From Octopus bimaculoides (lineage: Eukaryota), in the NCBI RefSeq assembly GCF_001194135.2, contig NC_069001.1:26100295-26164294 (forward strand): a DNA stretch of 64,000 nt. The letters run 5' to 3'. The notes beneath the pieces were generated by a model. The model was given only the letters and a program-made list of their open reading frames with translations. It was not told the origin of the DNA and made no database searches. Both the position numbers and the translations under genes were made by a program. Each line of letters begins with the position of its first letter. Position 1 is the first letter of the stretch. Below are positions 12,257-25,061 of the stretch, in pieces.

Positions 12257-14001
12257 CACAAGGAGAATATAATAATAATAATTTTTAATTATTCGAATTG
12301 TGAATATTTTCAAGTGCCTTGCTTTTATTCTATTGCACCTAATTAGTCATTTTCACTACAAAATCATTAGTTATCATAAGTTAATTAATTTGACAACAAA
12401 TCCGATGTTATGTTCAATTGACAGGTGATTTTTATCTACGTCCTCTGATGTATACACACTGAAACGCTACCTGTAAGATAAGTAAACCTCTCTGGACGTA
12501 AATTGTGTACTGCTCCTCAGACGTTACACAGAGAATAGCAACCTCTCAGAACAGTGTTATTTTTCTACCTAGGTGAAGCGCATATAAGCCTGTCATCTAA
12601 TGGCATTATTTCCTTAGCAAAGTGAAGCTAAAATTTTGTTTTTCTATATTGAGAAACTCTCATTGTATTCAAAATAAACCATAAAAAAGTGCTAGGCCTA
12701 GTTAATTGATAACTTTGTTAAGGGACCAATATAAATACGTTTTACGTTGTATAGCACTATAAGTACCGATAATCAACTAGTATCTTCATGGGCAAAAAAT
12801 TGAAATTCTTTCACTGCTGAAGATGGAAAAAGTCTAGAAACTAGTATCAAGGTGGATCGCATGTTCTGTCCACTGAGATTTAAAAATCAAAACTGAATCC
12901 ACTGAAGTTCTTTTTTTATATGGGTTTCAGATTTTAAATCTGTTAAAACTGATTACTTTATAAGATAGTGCAAGTAATCGTTCTTACTTCTCGTTATTCT
13001 CATCATCATCATCGTCATCATCATCGATGTGCACACTATTAACGCCGTCTCCAATATAATCTGCAGCATGGTCGACTTTGTCGTTGTCCTCGTCGACGTA
13101 GACATCGTCGTTGCCGTCATTATATTGTAATCATCATCATAATCATCACCAACATTTTGTAATCATTGCCATCATCATCATCATCATCATCATCATCATG
13201 AACATCGCCTGCCTCCATCCTTCATATCCTTCCCCCTTCCCCCACGACTACGACACTCGCACATACTTACACACACACAGCCCCGCTCCTTCTTCCTCCC
13301 CCACTCCCCCACACATCATACTACTTATTATTCTCTTTCGCATCATACTCGCTATCTTTCCAGTCAATTGTTCCATGCCCAAAGCGTATATTTTACAAAC
13401 AGATCAGTAATAAGCAATAGTGAAACAAACAACAAACTACAATCTGATTGGCTATTTTCTCTCTGTGTTCTAACTCACTAACCCTCTATCTTGTTATCGC
13501 TCTCTTTCGTTACACATCTTTATCCCACTCTCTTTCTCTCTCTCACTCTTGCTCCCCCTCTATCCATCTGTATATCTCTTTTTCTTTCTCACTTTCTATG
13601 TCATCCAGTCTCAGTATTTTCCTCCTTTTCTTCTTTCCCTTTGTTCTATCACCTGCCACCGCACAAACACACACCTTCCGCTGACTATTTCTCATCTGTT
13701 TCTTCAAAATAACGTTCATCTAAAGAATAATAGATTTGTACATACGCCCTCAGATTGTACAGGAAAATAGACGTCTAGAGAATATATGTATATATGTGTG
13801 TAGCGCACACAAATACATGTGTACATGTACATATATATTTCTACAGATGTACGAATGTGTGCGTATATATGTATATATGTGTATGTGTGTGTGCGTATGA
13901 GTATGTGCATGTTTGTATGTATGTATGTATGTATGTATACGTGTAAGTATATATGTGTGTGTGTGTGTTGAATAAGTATCATGTTTTATGTGTCTATATA
14001 C

Positions 14002-14041
<40 letters not shown>

Positions 14042-14218
14042 GAGCAAATGCGTGCATATATATAAATACGCAAGTATGTGTGTGTATAAAAATATACAAA
14101 CATATAAAATATATTTGTGTATGTGAATGTATAATTATATATGTACGTATAAAGAGTGAGAGGGAGAAATATATATTTGTTTATATACGTACATATATAT
14201 ACATATATACCCACATAA

Positions 14219-14296
<78 letters not shown>

Positions 14297-14545
14297 GCAT
14301 ATACGTTTGTGTACATACATACATACATACATACATGCATAGTTGGGTACGAATGTATACGTACAGTAATATTGTTAAGAGAAAATGATGTCCAAGTATT
14401 CCTATAGATAAACTGTTGTCTGCAGACAAGTCTGGAATAAAATATGTTGAGGGGGTTTGTTTGCTTCTATCAGAGTCTTTGTGAAGACCATTGAGTACTG
14501 GTTGCTCAGTGTACATATGCGGGCGTGCTATCACAAATACATACA

Positions 14546-14576
<31 letters not shown>

Positions 14577-15269
14577 CTGTGTGTGTATGTCTGTATTTGT
14601 GTGTAAATGTACATTGATAAGTAGTTAAATATATATAGGTTAATAAATGAATTCACACAGTATGATTCAGAAATAAAAAGAATGCCGCGTGCTTATACAA
14701 AGATTGTTAGTTGGCAAGTGGTGTTAAATATGAGAAACTGGTGCATCTCGAGTTCTGCAAAAGAAACACTACATACAGATAATCTAATGTCAATGGATAA
14801 CCTGGCGTTTTATACAACAGAATAGTTTCAACAGACTATTCAAGGATGCAAATTGACCTCCTGTTCTGTTTGTTTCTATCGACGTTGTTGTTCATGTTGT
14901 TGCCACTGCTCATATTGTTTTCCATCCTCGTAGAGCAGCTCTATTTATCTATTTAGATAAAGATTTGCAGCGTAACACAGGTGGGAGATTTATATGCATC
15001 TCTTTCTTTTAACAATGAGGGCGACTTGTTTGCTATGTCTTGCTTATCTAACAATCGCACAGTGGCTCACTCACTGTCCAGTCGTTGCAACTTATTGTCT
15101 GACTTTGTCGATTCATAGTGACGATAACTTTCATAATGTGATACTATATATACGTGTTATCTATCTATCTATCTATCTAAAGCTCTACATTGTATTTGTC
15201 CCATCTTCGTTGAGCCCTGTGTGGCTAATAAAAGAAATGTATCTATCTATCTATACACACACACAGATA

Positions 15270-15330
15270 TCTTCTACTTATCTCAATCATTTGATTGTGG
15301 CCATGCTGGGGCACCACACTGAAGGGTTTT
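15270..15330 (-). mobile_element. SINE family B 3' tail fragment
   Basis: TCAATCATTTGATTGTGGCCATGCTGGGGCACC is the reverse complement of the family B tail GGTGCTCCAGCATGGCC.CAGTCAAATG. Confidence 0.75.
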
Positions 15331-15999
15331 GGTTAGGGTTACAATCAAATGTGAACAGTCAGTTTTTTGCTTAAATCCCAGCAGTGGATCCTCCTTGACT
15401 GCATCATTATTCCATAAACTGTGTTTATGGGGAGAAAAATATTGAGAAACATTAATGCATGTCAAATGACTAAAAATCAAGGAAGGTATCATGTGGACGT
15501 GAGATGAACTAAAAACAAAAACTGAATTACCCTTAACTCACACACACACTCCTGTCTTTTGAGTAATCGTGTGAATTCCCGTGTGTAGAATACGGATTAG
15601 CAAATATTTTGTGAAAATTTTAAAATAAAAAGATGTTATATGAGGTTTGAGATGTTATATGAGGTGCTTAAACCAGAATTATGTCTGTGTATGTATATAC
15701 ATACATGTGTATGTATACAGATGTATATCTATACATATATATGTATAGATATGATATACAAATGAAAGTCATCTGAAATTCCTCACCTTTCGCTTTCTCT
15801 TGTTTACATGTATATATATAATGTTTCGAGGATCGAGCGTTTTACGTTCCAAAACCCTCTGCGTTAGGTAAACGTTCGCAAAGTAGAAAGAGTACTGTAG
15901 TGTATATATTTTTTAAAATAATTTTTATAATCTGTATATAGTTATTTTCTTATAAATGCTAAATAATAGCACGGAGGAATCGACGTAATCTTAAATAAG

Positions 16000-16398
16000 C
16001 CTTTCTAATATAGGCACAAGGCCTGAAACTTGGGAGAGGGGGGATAGTCGATTATGTCGACTCCAGTACTCAACTTCTACTTAATTTATCGACCCTGAAA
16101 GGATGAAAGGTCAAGTCGACTTCCGCGGAATATGAACTCTGAACCAAGTGACGAGCGAAATACCTCTACGCATTTCGTCCACCGTGCTAACAATTCTTTT
16201 CTTCTCTAGGGACAAGGCCCGAAATTTTGGGGGAGGGGAAAGTCGATTAGATCGACTCCAGTGCACAACTGGTGCTTAATTTATCGACCCCCGAATGGAT
16301 GAAAGGTAAAATCGACCTCGGCTAAAATTTGAACTCGGAGCTTAAAGACAGACAAAATACCTCCCGACCTGCTAATAATTCTGCCATCTCACTCCCTT
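16000..16398 (-). mobile_element. Two head-to-tail SINE family A copies (16000-16196, 16197-16398)
   Basis: Two adjacent, diverged units each with ACAAGGCC.GAAA...GTCGATT...TTAATTTATCGACCC...GGATGAAAGG...GTCGAC...GCTAA.AATTC. Confidence 0.88.
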
Positions 16399-16489
16399 CG
16401 CGTAAGTTTAAATAATAAACCGCGATAGGCGAACCGCGACACGGTGAGGGATTATTGGAAACACATTTTGTATTTAACACACAAACTAA

Positions 16490-16680
16490 TATATATAATA
16501 TATTTGATGTTTCTAATTTGTTTATCCGCATAATTTCCTCTATATCTGCTCAACTTGGTTCCCTTATAGCCATCCTTTACCTTGTGGAGTCGGTAAAGGC
16601 ATCGGAGTCTAAGTTTGAATCCATTGACCACTACTATGTGTATTCTATCCGAAAAATCTCTGGATCTTATTTGTGAACTC
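16490..16680 (-). mobile_element. mariner transposase 3' remnant
   Basis: Peptide YKGTKLSRYRGNYADK; homologous at DNA level to 62500-62570 and 63140-63190; resembles mariner C-terminus RWxKCxxxxGxYxE. Confidence 0.45.
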
Positions 16681-18639
16681 CATATGTATATATACATAGA
16701 AATATATGTACATGTATACATATATATGTGTGTAGGTAAGTATTTGCTTACATTTATACACACATGTATATGTGTGCACTGGTGTGTGTTTAAGTGATGT
16801 GTAAAGGAATCCATATTAGCAGTGTTTATGTCATATTATATTGCTTTAATATGCTGTGTTGACTCAATCTCTCCGTTCATGGATTACATCAGAGCATATA
16901 TTGCCTCAATCGAGAATCAGCAAAAGCGGCGTCTTCATGGTTGATCAAATTGCTAGAAATAGCCACAACATTTCTCACAATCACATTATGCTGTCATGAA
17001 AGAAAGCTGGTTTACTTACAATATAAAGTGGTTCTGATTTCTTTATGACTAAAAACAAAAGATTTTGGTGTTCTTGGAGAAAATGACATTTATAGCAAGT
17101 CGAGTGACCATAATGAAGTTCCGTTATTGGTCGATATATAGCGGATATGATTGACAGCAAATAGATAAACTAGGGGAAAGATATTTAGAAGTGAAGTGGA
17201 GGAAGAATCAATGAAGATGCTACAAAAGGAGGGAGTTAAGTGAATGGGTAGCATATGAAGAAAGAAAGAAAGAAACGAACGAAGGGAGAAAGAGAAAAAG
17301 AAGAAAAGAAAGAAATAAAGGAAAAAAAGAAAAGAAAGAAGACATAAAGGAAGAAAGAGGAAAGAAAGAACAAGTTGAGTGATGAATGTGTTATTGATGT
17401 TTCTTGACCAAAGATCGAATCTTATCTAGAAATCTATGCCGAAAGACGTTCCAGCCATGACAAATCAACCGTTAATTTTTTTCTTTTATTCCTTTTTTAA
17501 ATCTGTATTATATGCGACAATTTTATCTAAACACTGCGTATTTCGAACAATGTTATCCAGATCTAATATATCTTGGACTACATTGTGGAATTGTGCAAGT
17601 TTAGATTTATTACATTTGTATAGAGATATGACCAACACAGTTCTTACCGACACGAGTCCTTCAGTTATTTCAGATCCGATGTATTTCGCCCTACTTTATC
17701 CAAACATTGAGTATCTAGCTGTATTCATTCTGGCCTAGTGCATGAAGGACCCATTTCTGCTACTATTTAACCCTAGATCACTTCTCATCAAGTCGACTAA
17801 TAATATAATCCTAGATACATAAGGTTTAATAAATAAATGATCATTACTGGGTAGAGCCTAATTATAAACATGTTTCTCGTTTCGTAATCACTAGAATCTA
17901 ATAAAGAAGAAGTTGGTTTGCTGATGTTGCCGTTGTTTAATCTTATCTCAGCTCTAGCCTAACAGATACATTGTCATAACCTGTTTCTAAGTATGCCCAA
18001 TATTTTTATGTTCGCAGACATGATAGATATAGAAGTACTATTTCATGCAAAATATTATTGCATGTTCGTAAGCGATAGAGTGTCTCTCAGTAGAGCGAGA
18101 TTTATCTTATGCTGTTCCTGTTGTTTCCTCCCATAAGCGCTGATCAACACTTCTTACTGCTAAATATATTCCTGTCGTAGAAACTTTCGCTTTCAAACAG
18201 AGAGTTGGTGTACCTAAGCGGGTGCAATATTTTTTTTTATTTTGTTTTGTCATTTTGCTAATTTTAGAGTGTTATTACAAGAAAAATAGCTGTCATTGTT
18301 CTTTCCGTGGCTAACCAAAAGCCATTCTCGTTCCAGCTGACCATTCCTGTGGTAACCATACTGTTTGTTGTTCAGCCATAGGGACGCAAGTGCAGCATAG
18401 CCAGTTTGTCTTTTCCCTCATTTTAAAACAATATAATGTTATTACACTCGATAGAACTGCTCATTTTAGAAATTCGAGCAAACATTTAAATATTTTCAGG
18501 ATAAGATGGGCCGTATAATACATTCGGCTGTTATTTCTAATGAAACAATCGGCAAATATGAAAATTTAGCAAATCAGAGGTTGAACCTTTATATGCCCCA
18601 CCTCTTTTACCCTCTTTGTTCAAATCCCACAATAGTAAA

Positions 18640-18848
18640 ATTATGGCTTGAGGCCAGCAATTTTGAGGAAGAGGATATTCGATTCCATTGACTCCAGTTT
18701 TTGACTCGTACTTATTTTATCGACCTGGAAATGCTGAACCGCAAAGTCGACCTCGGTGAAATTTAAACTGAGGGCGTAAAGACGGGCGAAATACCGCGGA
18801 GCATTTTATCCGGCGTTGCTAGCGATGCTACCAGCTCGCCGCCTTATC
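18640..18848 (-). mobile_element. SINE family A, near full length
   Basis: GTACTTATTTTATCGACC...AAAGTCGACCTCGGTGAAATTT...CCAGCTCGCCGCCTTA. Confidence 0.88.
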
Positions 18849-19209
18849 ATGAATCAACATTACCTTCATTTGCTTTGTGGATGGGGTGCTGCTGTAGCGA
18901 TAAAATAAAATATCAGTCCAGGGCTGCAAGTTTACGGAATTGTTTGAGGACTGGATGGTAGAGATACTGGTTATATTTCCTTAAGATCTACGATCTAATT
19001 TCAAATACTACCTGGGTCGAATTTACCTTTCACTCTTTCTGTGTCAAGAGATCGGCGCAGTCGATAGAGTATCGGACAAGACGTCTTACCGTAAGTTTTC
19101 CAGCTAGTTTGCATGTTCGTTACAGGAGTAGCGATCCAACATCATCAGTCGCCTGGCTTAATATGGTTCTTGGATACCTTGTGCAAAGCTCACTCAGTCA
19201 CAAGCATTA

Positions 19210-19380
19210 AGACCTGATGGCTTAGTGGTTAGAGTGTTGCACTAACGATCGCAAGACCGTAGTTTCGATTATCAAACTAATGCGTTGCGTTGTTGAGCAA
19301 AGTACTTCATTTCCCGATACTCCGCTCAGCTGTAAATGAGTGACTCTTCGAAAAAGTGGCGTCCCATTCGGAGAAGATGT
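19210..19380 (+). mobile_element. tRNA-derived SINE fragment (family D)
   Basis: TGGCTTAGTGGTTAGAG A-box, GTTTCGATT B-box, then GAGCAAAGTACTTCATTTC...CTCAGCTGTAAATGAG; related to the copy at 63200. Confidence 0.7.
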
Positions 19381-19639
19381 GATTTCTGTCACTAATACGC
19401 CATGGAATTTGGTTAACCGTCCCTGTCATTCCTGTACTCATTTTTTTAAAGGTAGCTCATGGATTTAAGGGTAGCTACTTTCCTCCAATTCATCAGTCTT
19501 AGTGTCATGAGAAACTATAGGTTCACTGGTATTGGATTTCTCTCTTTGACGAAATGGTAAATTGGTAAGAAATGAATTTGAAAATATATCGATGAATGAG
19601 GTAAGTGAGAGTAATAAAATAATGCAGGAGTTGTGGGGT

Positions 19640-20370
19640 GAGGTAGAATGATAGAGAAGGGAGACTCATAAAGATTGGATAAAAAATAACTAACGAAAGA
19701 AAGGAGAACGAATGAAAGAAAAGAAAGTGTAAGGAATGAAAGTGAAAGAAAATAAGCAAAAAAAAAAAGAAAGAGAAAGGAAAAGAAAGAAATAGAAAAA
19801 AAATGAAGAGCAACGGATGTGAGGAATAAAGAGAAAACAGAAAGAATAAAAAGAAGGAACAAGAAAGGCGGTAGGAAATAAAATAAGTAAATAAGATAGA
19901 AAGAAAAAAGAAATCAAGAAAGATGGAACGAAAGAAGGAAGAAGGCTCAATGTTGGTCAGAATGTGAACGGAAAGAATGAATAGAAAAAGGAAAACGATG
20001 AATGAAAAAAGACAATATCCTGTAAGTTAGCAGCAGCAGCGTTGTATGTGGCGAAGAAAGATAGAGAATAATTCGATAAATAAACGGATGAAAGAGAAAG
20101 TAGTAGCAGCAGCAGTGGTGGTGGCGCAAGTAGTCTTAGTAGTAGTAGTGGTAGACGACAATGGACATAAAGTATAATTCGATGAACGAAAGAAGGAATT
20201 AAAAGTAGATGAGGAGGGGGCGAAGAAACTATGAAATCGATGCAGGACGATGAAATATTAGAGGAAAGAGTAAAAGAGTAACGGAGCGAACGAACGAAAG
20301 AAAGAGAGAGAGAGTAGTAAGAAAGAAAGGAAAAAAAAGAAGAAAGACTGCAAGATGGAAAGACGTGGGC
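19640..20370. repeat. Purine-rich (GA/AAAG) low-complexity tract
   Basis: About 700 bp almost devoid of pyrimidines on the + strand; source of F/L/S-rich minus-strand ORFs. Confidence 0.9.
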
Positions 20371-21325
20371 GAACGCAGTGGATGGAAAGCAGCAATAATA
20401 TTACGAAGGATGCTGGCTTGTGGAGGGTGGCGGGTGCTTGATAGACACTCACAGAATGATGAGTACAAGAAAATCGGCTGAATGAAAAAGAAAAATTCTC
20501 CCTCAGAAATCAATAAATTGTCGGTCATTGATAATTTTGGTTTGGTTTCGTTTGGTTTGCTAATATCTGTGGTGTTGCATGGCTGTTGTCTCATACAGCC
20601 TTTCGGGGATAGTAGTGCCGCTTCGTTCTTATCACTGACGTTAGAGACGGAATGGTCGGTCGTTTTGTGCTTAATTATTATTATTATTGAGCTGCTCGTT
20701 GGTGGTCCACTCTAGTTTCTAATTCACTGCAAGTAATTTACTTATCCTACTTTTCCATTTCGAACCAAGGAACCCGTATTAAAATTCTTCTCAGTCTGCT
20801 CAGCTATCGAACCTAAAGTGTCAGTCTGTTTATATTTTTACATTATTATTATTATTATTATTATTTTCCTTTTTAGAAAAAAAGAAGGTCAGTAGGTTAA
20901 TTTGATTAATTGATTCCAATTAAATTTAGGCTGCTATTGTCGACTTTTTTTTTTGTATGTGTCCCTGTCTATCCTTGCTACAACAAACATATGAACAAAT
21001 GCTTTCCACTAGTGTCCATCCCATCCGTTGTTATAGCGATGCTTATATTTTCCAAAGTAACCTACTTTCTCTAAGATGTTAGACACTATGCATTAAACCA
21101 GATTTAGCTGCTTGTTCTAGCGCATAGGATTACTGCACTAGAGGGGTAGTTTACAAAGATTTTATAACTTTGGTACATGATAATCGTAAAGGTAACTTTT
21201 CGTTAATTCTGTTCTTCAGATATAAATGTGTTGTATCATGGCCTCAGCTTGCTGCATGAAACAGGTATAAGAGAAAGTAAAAGAGTAAAAGCCATAGTAT
21301 TGTACATTTAAGTCTATTCTCGTAT

Positions 21326-21440
21326 TGTTACTAAGCCACAACTCAGTCCTGCACTCGGTGAGGTGTTACTAAACCACGGTTCAGTCCTGCACTCGGCGAG
21401 TTGTTACTAGGCCACGGTTCAGTCCTGCAATCGAACAGTT
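21326..21440. repeat. 38 bp minisatellite, 3 copies
   Basis: Unit TGTTACTA(A/G)(G/A)CCAC(AAC/GGT)TCAGTCCTGCA(C/A)TCG.. starting at 21326, 21364 and 21402. Confidence 0.92.
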
Positions 21441-22652
21441 GTGAGCTAACATTTTCCAGTAGTGACCACAATGTCCTTTCGTATATCAGAGATATGTCTG
21501 CTTGTATTTAAAGACGCTTGGATTTGATTTCAGTGAGGTTTTCCAACTTTGATTAGCAATTAGAATGGTCAAGTTAACTTTCCTCAGCTTAGTCATTCAA
21601 TTCCCCTACGTTTCAAATGCACGGACTATTCGCATTTGTGTAAATTATGGTCTTTAAATTTAAACATTCATGACACCTCAAACTGCAGTTAAGAACAACC
21701 TGGATTAAAATCACGGCCTTAAAAAATCTCTTCGTTCGACATTAAGCCATTTTATTGGAAGTGGAAAATACTTCTTTTTTTTTTTCCAGTCATCAAAATG
21801 TACTACAGAAGGGTTTATGACACCTTCGCGACGGTATCATCTTCCATGGATTACATAAAGCATTAAACATTACTTTGCTTTTGTCAAAAAGTAAACTGTT
21901 TCTTTTTTCTAGCAAGAATTTAGATGAAATTTAACGAAATATCCTGTACACATATTTTAATCAGCGGCAGAATGATGTAGCATTTTATACTAACTTTATT
22001 GTACAAATGTATCAGTGATGTTATTGGCGAATTACAACCATTCATCTTTACATAAGAGAAAGAAAGGACATTTTCAGGGCAATTTAGTTGCTATTTCTAG
22101 CAGACTGAGCGGCCACTTACATACAGTCTCAGTCGTTGTGCATCGAGGTTTGTGCATGTCGTTCAAGACTGAACTTTATATACTGAAAGTTACAAACCCT
22201 TCATATTCATACGATAATTTGATACGAAATACTAATATGGTTAACAAAACTCACTTTAATAATATATTTGTTCCTTGTTAATAAATGGTGAATACATAAA
22301 AATCGATCTATTACATTCAGTGTCTAAACCTTGTGTTATTCTACCAGATCAATACATTTCGTTAGTAGGGGACACATGGTGAGAAAATTCACCGTTCACA
22401 TTAGTAGTAAACACTGCAAGATGAGGACAAACTTACGTGGGGACTTCACCATGCATGTACAGAAACAAGAATTCCCTAGACTCACGTCGTAGTTTCTTGA
22501 GAAAATGGAGCGATAGATTCCTTTGTTCTGAGTCGATTGCGTCTAAGAAAAATCAAAACTGATCTCGACTAAGATACATTTGATCATAGGACAGTTCAAT
22601 TATGTTTGATCAGGATCTAAACGACTATGTATTAAATTCTTTGAAATACGAA

Positions 22653-22798
22653 CCCTCGGTCGTTGACTCCCTAAATTCTAATAGACATGTCTACGATAGT
22701 ATAGCAAATCAGACGAAAAGCAGTCTCTTAAGTAATTAAAAATACAGAACATTTCTCCGGGTTAGTGTGCTGTTGTCTTCTTATAGCTGATGTAAGTA
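22653..22798 (-). repeat. Dispersed repeat copy, inverted relative to 24054-24198 (possible Penelope-type terminal repeat)
   Basis: CCCTCGGTCGTTGAC...AATAGACATGTCTACGATAG...CTTATAGCTGATGTAAGTA is the reverse complement of 24054-24198 with scattered substitutions. Confidence 0.85.
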
Positions 22799-23477
22799 CC
22801 TTGGTGTATTTGTTAGTGGGGGAGGGGAGCAGGAGGTCATTCCTTATTGAAAATGTATAAAATATATTCCTATAGTTCAGTCTTTTGTGTATCAGAGACA
22901 GTTTTGTCCAAGTTAGTCTTCTTAACTTAATAAAACGTTTTATTTCAACCAATTCACTGTTGCAACCAGATTTTCGCTAGAGATCTTTAGGTGACACTTC
23001 ATTGGTCCAGAAGAGACGGTACATTTTCCAAAGCAACCATTGTGGATAGCAATTATATTATTCATATTTGGTTTTAGCGATTGCTTGTTTTCTAAAAACA
23101 CGCGTTACGCCAGACTTGACATTGTTGTTCAAAAATACAATTTCACTTCTAATTTCATGCACCAACAGACCGGTATGTATATGCGTGTATATATGTGTGG
23201 TTGTATGTATGTATGTATGTATGTCATTGTTCAGTTTTATTTCAAGATTTCTTGCCCATAGAGAAAGTGTCGGTTTCTAGCCTAGATCCAAGTCTCATTC
23301 ATTGAAATAACAACATCAACAACAGGGTATTTTTTGTCTGTATGTATATGTGCAGATTTGTATGTTTTGCTTTATGTATGTATTCGCATGCATATAGTTG
23401 CATATATATATTTATATTTATATATAGGCATGCTTATGTATATTTGAATGATAAACATCTGGAAAGTTTTACAGACT

Positions 23478-23550
23478 TTTACAGTTCCGTCTACCAAATC
23501 CACTCACAAGACTTTATTCGGCTCGAGGCGATAGCAGAAGACACTACAGG
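23478..23550 (-). mobile_element. SINE family B internal (CORE-like) fragment
   Basis: CAGTTCCGTCTACCAAATCCACTCACAAGACTTT...CGAGGCGATAGCAGAAGACAC. Confidence 0.8.
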
Positions 23551-23987
23551 GGATCTGTAGTCTTCGAATTACCTTCCTCCTCCTCCCTCTCCTCCTCCTC
23601 TTATGTATGTTTGTATATATGTATGTATCCTTTCTTGAAAAGAGCATTCTCGAACGAGACTATACAAGCTTCGGTAAAGCTTTGTTAGTTATTCATTACA
23701 CGTTGTAAGTTATAATTTTCAGATTATTACGGCTGTTATGATAAAATTACTGATGATTAGTCGTAATGTTAAGAAGGAAGGCGTAACAAATTTGAACGGA
23801 ACACTCGTTTATGGAAGCACAGCGTGTATAGAACACTTGCTAGTTATATACGTCATCATTGGGCCATTGTAGAGGACACTTGTTCAAGAACATAGGAGCG
23901 AAAGTGTCGGACTGAAAGCGGACATACGGTTGCATACTGAACTTCTTTGAATATACCGAAAAGATAAAACATATTAAGAGACTGTTG

Positions 23988-24053
<66 letters not shown>

Positions 24054-24056
<3 letters not shown>

Positions 24057-24350
24057 TTACATCAGCTATAAGGAGATAACACCGCACTAACCCGGAGAAG
24101 CGTTCCGCAATTCTAATTACTTAAGAGACTGATTTTTATCTGATTTGCTACACTATCGTAGACATGTCTATTAAAATTTAATGGTCAACGACCGAGGGCT
24201 ACTAACCCCAAGATTCCGAGTTCGATTCCAAGCATGAATAATAATAATTCCTTGACCTGAATAATAATAATAATAATAGTAATAATAATAATAATAATAA
24301 TTGGTACTACCACAAACCTGAAGGCATCGTCGAAAATAGAAATGCAAAGA
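24054..24350 (+). mobile_element. Repeat with distal tRNA-like module and (AAT)n tract (possible Penelope-type terminal repeat)
   Basis: Starts at a (TA)n tract, homologous to 22653-22798, continues into GGG-CTACTAA-CCC and GAGTTCGATTCC, then (AAT)n. Family assignment tentative. Confidence 0.55.
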
Positions 24351-24541
24351 TCCACACACACACACATACATATATCTTTGCTTGGTTTGACTTCATTATA
24401 CATATGTCTGTATTCATGCAGTGATTGATTGATAGATAGATAGGTTCACCACGTATAAATATATTTGATATACATATATATGTACACATACATACATATA
24501 TATGTATGTGTGTGTACATATGTATATATACACACACATAT

Positions 24542-24583
<42 letters not shown>

Positions 24584-24861
24584 CCTGCACACCACTCTGG
24601 CTGTAATATAGAATGTTCCACTAGTGCCATTGCAACAGAAAGTAGTGTTACTTCTGCTCTCACTGCTACGGCTGTTGCTGTTGCTACTACAGCTTTGGCT
24701 GTCGTCGCTGCTGCTACTGATACATATGTTGCGGCAGTTTCTGCTTAACTATTGTACAACATTACAAGTTGATTAGATTTGGCATCACAGCAGATAAGCT
24801 ACTCGTTTTTAAGAGATTTTAGGTAGAGGGTCGGATTAGTTTATTTTTTTCTCCCAGTATA

Positions 24862-25010
24862 GGCGCAGGCGTGGCTGTGTGGTACGAAGTTTGCCTCGTA
24901 AGCACATAGTTCGGGTTCAGTCCCACTGCGTGGCACCTTCTACTATCGCCTCGGGCCGACCTAAGTGTTGTGATGGGGTTTGGCAGCCGGAAACTGAAAA
25001 AAAGCCCGTC

Positions 25011-25061
<51 letters not shown>

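Noticed and set aside
16418-16460. pogo/Tigger-like terminus (AACCGCGA...GAGGGATTA)
   Set aside because: Only one short degenerate end visible; insufficient to call an element.
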